This document shows positions 21,139 through 33,487 of a stretch of DNA of 54,798 bases, one piece after another; within the stretch, counting starts at the first letter, position 1, and the number at the start of each line of letters is the position of its first letter. The DNA is from Macrostomum lignano (Eukaryota). Location: NCBI GenBank assembly GCA_002269645.1, contig NIVC01004213.1, positions 1 to 54,798 on the forward strand. Direction: 5' to 3'. A program made the position numbers and the translations under genes. The notes beneath the pieces are model-generated. The model was not told where the DNA came from. It made no database searches and saw only the letters and a list, made by a program, of their open reading frames with translations.

Positions 21139-21601
21139 GCTCAGGTCGAAGCGAGTTAGATCAGCTGATCCGCGCAAATTGTTGTTGAACTTTTAAAAGG
21201 AAGGTGTCTTGTTTCTCTTAGTTGCTGTCTTGTGAAAAGTGCAAATTCAGCTTATCGATAGCAGAAATTCTGAGAGCATTTGGGCTCGGGATCAGCACTA
21301 TAAAATGGTCCGAGTCGCTCGGTTCAGCCACAGACGCAACTGTGCATTTTAGTCAGCGGGCTCTGGCCATAGACAGTTTGCATTTGCGGGAATTCAGTTG
21401 TGTAATAAAGAAAGGCTAAGAGTGCACAAATTCTTTTTAGAAGGGTCATGGAAATTGATTTTGTGACTTCTGTACTGAAAAGTACATGTTACTACGGATT
21501 GAAAACACGAAATTTGGTTTGTGGTAAAAGTTTCATTAAGTGTTTGGGCCGAAGCAAAGTAAGTACGATTTTATAATTAGCTTATTGAGCTAAGAGGTTA
21601 T

Positions 21602-21960
21602 ACACTCAGCAACATTGAAAAGTTTCCACCCTTGCACCAAGGGTCCATGGGCAACGCGATCGATGGTTTTACCGCTTGGTTTTTGGCCATAGACTAATGA
21701 GAAAAATGGGCATGAAGGGAATTAAAGTTCGATATCTGGTGTCACAAGGAGAAGCACCTGTGTGTACGGGAGACGACAACAATTTGGTCCGCCGAATGAC
21801 TGATCTAGACCGAGCAAGTGCGGTTGGCATGCTCAACGCGCGGGATCGTCCATTCGTTCAGTTGCTCGCCGATTTGAACGATCGCATACCACGATACGCA
21901 AGCTGCATATGAAGTTGAGAGAAACCGGAAGTGTGGAACACGCGACGCGAGGCATCCAGC
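21602..21960 (+). pseudogene. Tc1/mariner-like transposase N-terminal (HTH) remnant
   Basis: MTDLDRASAVGMLNA, then a frameshift, then RSVARRFERSHTTIRKLHMKLRETGSVEHATRG; TA-CACTCAGC TIR-like start. Other end not found. Confidence 0.55.
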
Positions 21961-22288
21961 TCATCTACATGTACATGCGAAGCACGACTGAAAAGGCAGA
22001 TCGGCGATTGCTGCGATCTTGGTGAAATACCAACACTGCTGGTCACCTTACTTCGTCTGATATGGGGTGAAAGAAACCGCGAAGGTTGCACGCTTGTGGT
22101 TGCTATGCCCGGTACTGACTGTGCTTTGAACATGTATGAGTACACAGCGTGGACATGGGCATGGACTACTTGTTTTGCTGTTCATTCTTTATTGTCAAAT
22201 AGATCAAGCCTACTGGCAACGCTTCTGATTGTCACCATGGATGAATAATATAACTGGATCGCCAGAAGCTCGATTTTTTTGGTCCTAG

Positions 22289-23351
22289 CCATAGACAAGC
22301 ACCAGCATCACAAGAAGCTCAGAATGCCGTACTTTCACCCTGCATATATTGCGAGCATGTGCTCGGACATAAAATAGAATACTTATAAATAAAGGTTTGC
22401 AGCTTCTGCAGCGGCTATTCGTCTGTGTGAAAGTACAACATTTCGTACTGGTCGTACTGCTTCCCGTACAATCGAGCTTGTTTGGGATTGAAACGCTTGG
22501 CTCGTGTCGGCTCGGCGCTTTGGTTTTTTGTCGGCAGCATTGGCAACTCGTAATACGGCTTACCATCACTGTCGGTCTTTTCAATAAGACTGTCTCTACG
22601 GCGCAGCTGCTTCATACGCTCTTGTCCTCTTTCACCCAATACATACATGTACATCAGCGTGAAGAGTACCTCATCCTGTAATCGTTCACCATTGGATCGA
22701 TCAAAGTACACAAATATTTTCTTGAGGTCAGTTTCCTCAATCGGTTCGAAGCGCTTCACACTTCCACCTGCAGCATGATATTCTCGAACTTTCATTTGCA
22801 GCATACGGTTAGCGCTGCCGAATTCAGGTGCATCAGTGATGTTGATTTGTCGCTTAATGGTGTAGTTAAAAAAGCGCTGGATGCCAGCCCTTATGCAAAC
22901 CAGACTTGATGCGGAGTACTTTTCGCCACTCGGCTTCGCCGAGAACGCTGAAGAAAGCGTTGTAGCTCTATCTTCACTATGATCTTATCGACTCAGTTCG
23001 GTAACCAGAGCCAATTCGCTTGATGTAACGCCATCGAGGGACTCTACTTGTAAATGCTTCCAGTTGATCATCTTTCTCCAGTGTCAAATAAGCTAGCAAT
23101 GTGTTTGTATTCGCAAAGGCTTCGAACTGCGCTTCTGTCCTCCTTCTGCCCAACAAAAGACTCGCTTTTTGTTGCAGCTACTTCTATGGTTCAAACCAGA
23201 CCCTTCTGTCCTCTCTCTGCCCAACAAAAGGCTCGCTTTTTGTTGCAGCTACTTATGTCTATGGTTCAAACCAGACCCTTCTGTCCTCTCTCTGCCCAAC
23301 AAAAGGCTCGCTTTTTGTTGCAGTTACTTATGTCAATGGTTCAAACCAGAC
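22289..23351 (-). mobile_element. Crypton-like (DUF3504-type tyrosine recombinase) deleted element
   Basis: KPSGEKYSASSLVCIRAGIQRFF...LQDEVLF...RGQE...DSDGKPYY...TKN. CCTAG direct repeats at 22284-22288 and 23352-23356. Catalytic C-terminus not seen. Confidence 0.65.
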
Positions 23352-23353
23352 CC
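23132..23353. repeat. 75-bp tandem triplication at the element end
   Basis: CCCTTCTGTCC at 23201 and 23276, CCCTAG at 23351; each unit has a CAACAAAA..TTTTGTTG hairpin. Confidence 0.9.
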
Positions 23354-24491
23354 TAGGCGTCTAGTTTTAGAAATGCATTGCCACATATGTAGCAATGCAT
23401 GATTGTCACACGCTTCGTGAGTGGCTTGATCAATAGGACAATTGTAGAGATCTCCAAATAAGATACAAAGTAGACTACTATAAGTAGCAACATGAAGATG
23501 CGAAAAACTCGAATGTTACAAAAACTGCAAATTGTCATACTCTATTTTTAAAGACCACGAAAACAACAAGTGACCATCTTTTGCAACATTTAAAATTAGA
23601 ACTCCGAATATGGTATCGGCGCTCAAAGCTAATGTATTCCATAGGGGTCAAATTTCCAAAGCGCGAAACTGTCACCTACTAAAAATAAGCTGTTTCTCAA
23701 CAATTTTTCCTATAAATACAAGCCAAAATCTGAGCTAAATATCTCAGACTCGGAGCAGCCTCTAAAGATCTTGGAGTTTGCTGGAACAGCTAAGCGAGGC
23801 TACATCTCTGAGAGAGAGATAAACCAATTGGTGAGCCGTTGCTCGAGCCTTTGTTATTGATTTTGAGAGCGATTTATTGCCGGCCGCTACTATCCAGTCG
23901 TTTGGACTGAGTTCATTGAATTTGAGGCCTCCCATTTTCCTAAGGGATTGGATAGGATCGGCGGACCGATTCCGATACCCTTAGAGGATTATCGATTGAT
24001 TGATTTTGGTTATCCTAGATTAACCGATAGGAGCACACGACTCCGATTCCGTTAGATCTAGAAGAAGACGCCCCTCTTGGAGGTCCTCGTGATTATTACA
24101 GAAAGTTGATTTTATTACAAGGGCGCATCGTTGATATTGATTACTGAGCTTAAGGCCTATATTGATTTGCATTCGAGAAATACTGCGACGTCGCCTGATT
24201 TGATCGTCACGCTCTCATTCGGCCGATTCGAGACTTCAAGAAGATTCCTCCGGAGAAGAAGAAGATTAGAAGAAACGAGCTCGGAGAACCTGCACTACAC
24301 AGAAGAGGAGCCCGCAAAAGTAAGTGATCACTTTATTTTGTTCCCAGGCTTAAGTGTCTGGAAGTGGGAGTTTTCGGGAGACTGATCACCTCCCGAATCA
24401 ACTCTTCACAATTAATAATATTATCTATATGATTCATTCCGTAGACAACTAACCATTGCTTTTTCGATAGGATGAGAAACTAGTACTAAAA

Positions 24492-24607
24492 ATCTGGGAG
24501 GCTGACCCAGCAACTGAGGATCTGGGAGGCTGACCCAGCAACTGAGGATCTGGGAGGCTGGCCCAGCAACTGAGGATCTGGGAGGCTGGCCCAGCAACTG
24601 AGGATCT
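24492..24607. repeat. 28-bp tandem repeat x4 (ATCTGGGAGGCTGRCCCAGCAACTGAGG)
   Basis: Direct reading. Confidence 0.92.
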
Positions 24608-25570
24608 ACTGTTATCTACTAATTATATTAATAATCTGTTATCGTGCTATATTCTCATTCTCGACTATGTGTGGTTATCCAAAGTGATGCAAGTAAATAC
24701 TGCAATTCATGATTTTTTCAAACCTTCGGTTGCAAAAAGCTTCTAGAATGTGCTTGAATGTCAGATGCTCAGTATCCGAAAGTTAATTTAATTAGATAAA
24801 CAAAAACAGCATGGGAAGATAAACCAATTTTAAGCTTGTATTATAGAGAAAAGCTTTTTTAATGTATTTTTTTAATTATACGGAATGCGCACAGCATAGG
24901 CTTACAAGTAGTTAGATTTAGTACTGGTTGGTCTTGTAATGGATAAGAAAGTAGAAACATGCAACTGAGTCGCTAATTTTACTTAAAACCACAGATTCTA
25001 AAATAACTAGATGGGCCACTCAGGCATATATACGAAAGAAAAACAGTCTTCTACTTTCAGTTCAGCAGCAAAGAACACATAAGCTATTACTATATTAGCA
25101 GGCGTAAACAACTTGCTAATTGGTTCAGCAATAATGTACGAGCGTACAATAGCCAGTCCAGCTTTAGGCTGGAATTCCGAGAAAGGCAATCAAAATTGGG
25201 GTGGGGTGTGGAAAGACGCGGTCTAAGCGGGGGGTAAGAGCCAATAAATGAGCCTTGGCTTTAAAATACATTGAAACGCCTCTGTTTAATTTACTACTGA
25301 ACTGAAAGTAGCTTACACGCAAATGTGCTAAGTGGCGTATCTACCTTAGTAGTTATTCTAGTATCTGTGCTTGAAACTAAAAATAGCAATTTATAGCGAT
25401 AACGGCACAATTAGATTGATGGAATGAATTAACAAGGACCAGCCCTGGCAGCCAAGACTACAGACGGTCAAGCATGCACAGGAAAAAAGGTGATTAATTA
25501 ATTATGACAGTAATCGTTTTCGGACGGATAAATTTTTATTCAGATAAAAAATATGCCGTATAAATTGGAA

Positions 25571-26468
25571 AAATAAACTAAGCTGTAATTATAGATATTT
25601 CTCTACTACTTAAATTGGTCGTTTAGTTTGATTACATAAAAAACTCCGGCCTGCAGGGATAACACGAAAATTGTTGTTTTTTAAAAGTACTCCAGTATAC
25701 AGCATTTTGCCAGCTAATCGAGTCTAAGAGCAATCAATTTCTCAATCAAATCTAAGCAGTTACCATTGATAACAGCGCTTTCGGCGACATTGCCCAGCAA
25801 CCAGACAGCCTTGAGGCAATTCTACTCATTCCACCGAATCCTGAGCAGGGTGTATAGCGGCCCTGACTTTCTACTCATCAGATTTGTACACTCTCTGTGC
25901 CTTTGGGGAGTTGGCCCTCCCGATGAAAACGGTACCCAGGCCAAGAAGCGTCCCAGAGTCACTTGCGTCGCACCAGAGTCTAAACGACTCTAAAACGACG
26001 AGATGTCACGGTACAAGCTGCCAAAAAATTGTCAAAGAGTCGCTCAAGAATCACTTTTGAAGCGTTTAATATCCTACGACTCTGAAAATGACTCTGAGCA
26101 CCTCAGACCACTTGGCACAATCTACAAGTCGCCAAAAAGTTGCCGAAGAGTCTATTTGAGGCGTTTCATTGTCTGCGACTTTCAAACGACTCTGGGGCGA
26201 CGCAAGTGATTCTGGGGCCGTAGAGTCGTATCTGGTGTATGCCAGAGTCGCTGTAGAATCACGGAATTGCATCTAAAGTGCATCTGCGTCACTGTATGAA
26301 TTTGAATCGCATTTTGCATTTTAAAAAAAACTACATCTAGTCTACTAGTGTTAGGAGAGATTTAAGCGCTGGTAGAACGACTCTTGGACGGCTTTTAGCA
26401 ATGACGCTTTCAAGCGATTCTGGTCACGGTAATGTTTTTAACAGGTTTACTGCTGACTGCTCTGCCCC
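25571..26468. repeat. Interspersed repeat, copy B
   Basis: Homologous to 1117-1860, with about 200 extra bp at 26140-26335. Confidence 0.85.
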
Positions 26469-26650
26469 CTCCCAGAGGAAGACAATATTAATAGTAGATT
26501 GCTGTAAGTCGTTGTAACTAATAGTTAAATATCTGCGCCTTACTTATTCGATTTTTTAACATTCTTCCATAGTTTTTTACTATATTTTAAACAAAAAACT
26601 TGCTTTGCTCGTATCGTTTAGTTCGCAAAATGCATTATACTATCAGATAA

Positions 26651-29600
26651 TCATTTATCTTGTTCGTGTTGCTTTTGCTGCTTCTGCAATTGTTGCTTAC
26701 GTCTAGCCTGTTCCCGCATTCGCTTATTGAACTCTTTCGCCTTCTCGATATTCTCTCGCCGTTCCTGGAGCCGCTCGTCTGCTAATCGGCGACGCTGAAC
26801 CTCTTCGAGATTTTGATAAAGCCGACGGCTGTGCTCAACGGCGTTTAGTTCTTGAGCCTTGCGCTGCTCAGAGTCTTTAGTCACTACTGTCGTAGTCTTA
26901 GTATTAGTAGTAGTAGCAACGGCGCCTCTATTAGTAATATTCGCTGTTGAACTATTAGCAACTCTAGCGGCTTTCCAAGATTCTAAAGCAGTTTGAAGAC
27001 GTTCAATATCGCGTTGTATATCGCTAGTTGAAGACAAATTTGACTTGTCGGAATGCTTCTTCTCACTAATCTGCTGCTTTTGCTGCTTGTTCTGCTGTTT
27101 CGCTTCGGCTCGTTTTCGAACAGCTTCCGTGGCCGAACGAACAGTTGCCAGGCTCGTAGCTGTACCTAGCAACGGGTCAGCTTGATTGCTAGCAGCTGAC
27201 AGAGCGGCTGACGACGGCGACCCGGCACTGCAGGCTGACATCACTTCTAATTCGTGTCGACGAAACGATGCAAGAGAAGCGGATGGCGACCCGGATGAAA
27301 GATCCTGCGTAGCACTAGTTGAACCGTTGGCACCGCCGTTGCTTTGGCTAATTGGATGCTGACTAATTGACGAACTACCGGCTGCTGTAGTAGAACTTTT
27401 ACCTGCCAACGGTATAGTGACAGCGCCAGATGAATTTTGAGCAACTGTTATTAGAGAGGATGAAGCAGAAACTGACGATAACGGATGCTGAGAAATTCCA
27501 TCGAGACTGCCACCGACAATTTGATGAGCAGTTGCGGATGAAGAGTCCGCTAACGGATGCTGGGTAACAGCTCCGATTCCAGAGGATGCAGAGCCAGCAG
27601 CAGCAGCAGTCAGTTCGCTGCCACAAGGTTTAACAGTCGATGCAGCAGTGGTATCGGCCAGAGGTACCTGGGTAATCAGACCCGCAGTGTCTAATTCACC
27701 CGTAGATTTCGAAGAACGCGGTGCAATGCCGAAATCGCCAACTACGGTATTACCATTACCACTATTGTTAGTAAGAGTTGTAAGCGAGCCAGACAGTGGT
27801 ACCTGGGTAAGAGTGCTGGCAGACTTTGCCGTGACCGTTGCAGCACCAGCCGGTAAAGTGTCTGAATCTGGCAAAGGCAGCTGGGAAAAAATTGCAACCT
27901 CAGAAGCGCCAGTAGCAGCACCAGCTGCAATGTAATCAATTGGTCGAATTGTAAAATCTAGCGAAGATGTTGACGAGTCGGGCAGTGGCGCCTGCGAAAC
28001 AGCGCCTGGAACGCCTAGCGTTGACTCTGCCACATTTATTGCAACCGTCTCAGTTGTCTTTGTTTCAACTGACGTAGTCGCAAGAGGTAGCGTATAGGTT
28101 GGACTGGCCTCAACATTTGGCGCATGATAATCTGCGTCATCATCAGCCACTTCATCCGTTGAGATGGTGCTCTCATCATTGCTGTCATTATCATCAACGC
28201 CTAGCGTTGCAGATTCGCTTCGATTCTGTTCGTCAGTGTCTTCAACCGCAGTTGATAGCGGCCTCTGCGATATGCCCGATGCGTCAACACCGCTGCTACT
28301 GCTGCTGCTTCTTCTGCTGGCACAGGCATCATCGGCTGACACCGATCGCAGCTCGGCTAATCGATGCGAATTAGCTGAGAAATATTCTCGCAATAGGCGA
28401 ATCTTCTGCGCCTGAATGTGCAACTGCGACGTGGCGGCTGCTGCGCCGCTACCACCGGCAATTTCGATACCGTCCGGGCACGGACAGCAAGAGTCGGCGT
28501 CGTCACTGTCGTACGCTTCGCCTCGGCCGTCGCCAAACGCTTCGGCAATAATATCGTCGGCATAGTCGGTACTACTACTATTAGTAATAGTACTCTGCTG
28601 CATTTGCTGCTTCTGACGCTGATTCGGTCGCAGGGTGGAAGAAAACGCGGCGCCAGTAATAGTGGTAGCCGTCGGAGTGTCCACTTCGGCAATCGTGCTC
28701 AACTCGTGCTGCTGCTCAACGGCCAAATTTGGATGCCGAATAGCCACAGCCGGCGGCGGAGGCCTACGGCCGGCATCGAAAATAAGAAAGAAGTCGGTCA
28801 GGCCTGTTGAATCGCGATTGTCTTCGCCAGCCGCCTGCTGCCACGCTGGCGCGGTGGCTGCTATGGGCAAAAACTCAGGCAAATAGGAAGAGGGTGTGGC
28901 GGAGGAATTAGCAGCCGATTCCGAGAAGGAAGCCGCCGCCTCAGGCTGGGCAATTAAACCCGAGAAGGATCCGGCAGTGTTATCATCAACTGGAAGCGCT
29001 TCAATGGTTGCACTACGAATGGCTTGATCAGTGCGATGATTTGGTAACGGTTCTACAGGCGCTCCGAGGCCTTCGTCTCTTGTTGCTGGGCTAAGCTGAC
29101 CTTCCTGATGCTGTTGCTGGGTGTCATCAACGATTGTATCATCCGCTGTTGCCTTAGCAACGAATGGCACCGCTTCGTCCTCCCCAGGCGTGTTGAATTT
29201 AACAGATTCACTATTAGCATCCCTATGAGCAACGGGGACAGGTACGCTCTCATTTTCTTCGTACTCATAGTCCGTCTCAATGCTAGTTGAACTTTCATCC
29301 ACGCAACTGCAACTAGCGGTAGCGAATTCCGCTTCCGCCGCAGCAACGGCAGCTGCAGCTACTGGCAACTGAGTTGGATAAGACGGTTGCTGCTGTTCCA
29401 CATTAGAATTAGAAGCGGCCGCTGCGGCAGCGGCGGCTGCAGCAGCTGCAGCAGTCGTACTACCGAGACTAGCCACTAGATTATCTAACTGCGCGCGTTG
29501 CTCTTGAAGCAATCTCAATCTAAGAAATTGTTGCATTAGGTCTTCTTTTTCGCGCTCGATTTCTAATTGTCGTTTAGCCGATCGAAGCTTGGCGGCTACA

Positions 29601-32600
29601 GCGGCGCTCGGCGAAGATGCGGCAGCCGATGAGCTGCCCTGTTTACGACGTTCAACAACAACGCGATGTTCGAAGGGTCGACTTCTGCGACTGAGTCGAC
29701 GGTCAGGATGTCGAGGACACGAAACTATTGAAGATCGTCCAGATTCAACAGAGTCGTTATCGTATTCGTCGTCGCCGCAGCTGCTGCAACTGCAACTTGG
29801 CGCCTGCAGTAAACTGGCACTATGACGGTCGGGACCAGCGGAAGATCTAGCAGTTTGAACACCAACGGACGCTGCCGGAGCAGCTGCGGGTGCAATGGAA
29901 GCAGCCGGTCCTCCGCCAGCGCTACTGACAGTTTGTGTCGAGCCAAGTCGCTGCAAAGCTCGACGCTGAAATTCTCTAACACGCTCGTTTAAAGTTGAAG
30001 CAGTCGAACTAGCAACGGAATCGCGGCGCTGATTGTTGCTAGCTAGAAACGGAGCCGAATTGGCCGTTTTAACAGTGATAGCATCGGCTTGCTTTTCAGC
30101 AACAGGCTGCCTGTCGCTATCGTTATAATCGCGATAAGTCAAATCTTCGGCTCCGCTATCATTGCCTGCAGCAGCAGCAGCAGATTCATCTTGAACGCAG
30201 TCCAGCTCGCCGCCTGTTTCTCCGTGCAACTTTGCTAGCCTCTCCTCCAATATAGCGTATTCATTCTCTAAGCGCTGCAATTCGGTTTGCTCTTCAGTTA
30301 AGGGTTCCAATCTAGTTGACAATTGTTGATGCTGCTGCTGTCGCGTACGATCGCTAGATAGCGTAGCAGCCGCAGTTCTAGCTGTACTAAATCCCGAATC
30401 AGGATTTGTAACAGTGTCCCGATCGGTAGCGGCTGTCGGCTCGCCAAGGAATCGTTCCCGTTCGGCAATGTCCCGTTCAAGCGAGCGCAACCTCTCGTGC
30501 ACCTGGCTGCGAATTTGGCCAGCTTCAACTAAACGCGACAAATCTAAACGCGTATCAACAGTTGATTGTTGAGTTCCATTAATTAGCTTTTTCTGTCGAT
30601 TGATTCGATCAAGCAACGGCTTTAACTGTGCGGCAGGTTTCTCCGTTTTTACCGCATTCTCGCTGCCTTGATGATCCGGCTCATTCTCATTGTCAGGCGT
30701 TGGTTTCTGCGGCGATGTCTCAGTTGGTAGAGGAATCCCCGGCCTAGGTTTCGTGTCCCCTTCATCGTCTTCATCAAGATGGTCTCGCAGTTGCATTTCA
30801 CTAACGGCCGGATCCGACTGCAGTAAAAATCGTTGCTCAAATACTCGCTCAGCTTGACTGCGACCAATGGACCCATTGTACAGTGTTCTACGCTGCTGCA
30901 GTTGATGGTTATCTCTAGGCAACTGGCCAAACTGTAGCTGACGATTGTGCAACTCGGCCCTGTGCAAACCGGCCAGATCTGTCAGCATCTGTTGGTAGGC
31001 CTGCTGTACGAATTCTCTACGCATTGCTGTCTGGCCGCGAACTGCCGCTCGTTCAGTGTTGACTTCGGCCTGCCGCTCAGCGGCCTCTGCCGACGCCTGC
31101 GGTTGCGTGGAATTTTAGGGTTATAATTTATTGTTTTGTCACGTGACTGCATTAGAAAGAAACAGGTAATCTGTGACGTGGCGTGAGTTGGCCGAATTTG
31201 GACAGAGGTTTTATCGTGCGAGCCTAGTGGTTTCTGATGTGCCAGCGGCCCAGGCTCGATGCCAAGTGCAGCCTCATTAATTTGTGGCTAAATTGGAATC
31301 TCGGCTTGGCTCTGCTCGTGCAATCAACGTCCAGCTTGAGGGCCAACCCCCAAGGCACAGTGAAGTGTACATGCCTAACAATAAACAAAATTAGGGCCGC
31401 TGTACACTCCTGTGTGAGTGTGTGCCTGTGCGTATGACTGCGTACGTATCCGCGCGCTTGTGTGCCTGCTCAGGGGGTTTGGCGGAATGGGGGCAGTAAT
31501 GCCTCTCGCCGGTTGTGTGACAATGTCGCTTAAAGTGCGCCAAAGGGTGCACACAGCCCCCTGCCTCTAAAAAGGACGCAGAGGTTGTATTTTATATACA
31601 CCTCCTAAAGTTGAAAAAGTCAGAGAAAGTGAATCAGGGGTCACAGACGGCTGAGGATCGGCTGTCGCATGTATTCGTACGTGACAAGAAGCTTGATAGA
31701 GTGTTTTCCAGCTACAGATTGAAGCGAACTTATTGAAGATTAGCCTGGTAATAAACCATTAGTATTAATTCATAAAATACTCGTTGATAAATTCTCACCT
31801 GACACCGCGCAGTCTCAGCCAAAGCCGCATCAGCAGCCGTCTCAACTTGCTCACAATTGTTCTCTTTATCGGACAGCGCCGCCGCTTTAGCGACCTCGTA
31901 ACTGTCTGGCGGGGCGCCGTAGAATCTCGTGTCCATAGCGTCGCCGTCGCAATGGGCCACCAGAGGCGTCGGCGCTGGCGGCACCGCGTATGGCGGAGGC
32001 GGCGGCGGTGGCAGGGCGGCAATCTTAGCGGACCGTTCGCGCTCAACAACTAGAGCGGCTTCGCGCTGGCTGGCGGCCTGTCGTTTGCGCTCGTTAGCGT
32101 TGGCGCGCGATTCGCGCAGAACGTCCAAAGCAACGGTGTGACGCTGTTCGGCGGCCGCTTGATTCGCCGCCAACTCGGCCGCCGTCTCCACCGCCGGATC
32201 TGGCAATGCGTCGGCGGCGCGGTGACTCTGGCCCAGGCTGGCCAACGCGGCCGCGTAGGCGGACGCGAGCTCGTCGGCTTCGGCCAGCCGGTCGGCGGCT
32301 TCTTCGGCTCGTTCAGCCGAAACTATTCGGCGAGCTTCGCGGGACTCGGCCTGTCGGCATCGGCGTCGAACTCGGGCTGACCAATCGCTGGATTGTTGGC
32401 GCACCTGGTGGCATTTTATAGGGGGGGGGGGGCATCAAATTGGATCATGGGGGCCGCCAAATTAGATCATAGGGGGGGTACCGAATTGGACCATAGAGGG
32501 CATCAAATTGGATCATGGGGAATCAAATTGGATCATGGGGCACCAAATTGGATCATGGGCCATCAAATTGGATCATGGGGCAACAAATTGGATCATGGGG

Positions 32601-33487
32601 CATCAAATTGGATCATGGGGCACCAAATTGGATCATGGGGCATCAAATTGGATCATGGGGCAACAAATTGGATCATGGGGCATCAAATTGGATCATGGGG
32701 CACCAAATTGGATCATGGGGCATCAAATTGGATCATGGGGCATCAAATTGGATCATGGGGCAACAAATTGGATCATGGGGCATCAAATTGGATTATGGGG
32801 CACCAAATTGGATCATGGGGCACCAAATTGGATCATGGGGCATCAAATTGGATCATGGGGCAACAAATTGGATCATGGGGCATCAAATTGGATCATGGGG
32901 CAACAAATTGGATAATGGGGCATCAAATTGGATCATGGGGGCACCAAATTGGATCATGGGGGCCGCCAAATTGGATCATAGGCGGGCACCAAATTGGATC
33001 ATGGGGCATCAAATTGGATCATGGGGCATCAAATTGGATCATGGGGCACCAAATTGGATCATGGGGCATTAAATCGGATAATGGGGCATCAAATTGGATC
33101 ATGGGGCACCAAATTGGATCATGGGGCATTAAATCGGATAATGGGGCATCAAATTGGATCATGGGGGCACCAAATTGGATCATGGGGGCCGCCAAATTGG
33201 ATCATAGGCGGGCATCGAATTGGATAATGGGGGCACCAAATTGGGTCATAGGGGGCACCAAATTGGATCATAGGGAGCGCTAAAGTAGAACATAGGGCGC
33301 CAAAATCGCAATAATGATCCTCAATTGCAGTTTGCACTAAATAAATGAACCAAGCTTCAATCTGACCCACCTGACTCAAGCGCAATAGTCGTCTTCTCTG
33401 AGCTTCTAACCTAGCCGCCAATTCCAGTTCATTTGGCGATAGATGAAATTCGCCAGCTCGCAGGGTGACTGGTTTCTGTGAGTACAT
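26651..33487 (-). CDS. CEP295: CEP295/Ana1-like centriolar protein, 3 exons (33487-33371, 32404-31799, 31096-26651), about 1722 aa
   Basis: N-terminal LSPNE...RRRLLRLSQ|VRQQ and LGQSHRAA motifs; C-terminal ALMS-like motif (SRRLYQNLEEV...NIEKAKEFNKR); all junctions GT-AG phase 0; 4.4-kb open exon. Confidence 0.8.
32433..33275. repeat. 20-21 bp minisatellite (CATCAAATTGGATCATGGGG)n in CEP295 intron 1
   Basis: About 40 copies. Confidence 0.95.

Noticed and set aside
24492-24607. Hammerhead ribozyme (CTGAGGA followed by a hairpin)
   Set aside because: The required GAAA after stem II is absent (CAA instead) and no stems I/III are found.
32393-33283. ORFs of 135-296 aa on the plus strand
   Set aside because: Translations of the 20-bp minisatellite inside a CEP295 intron.
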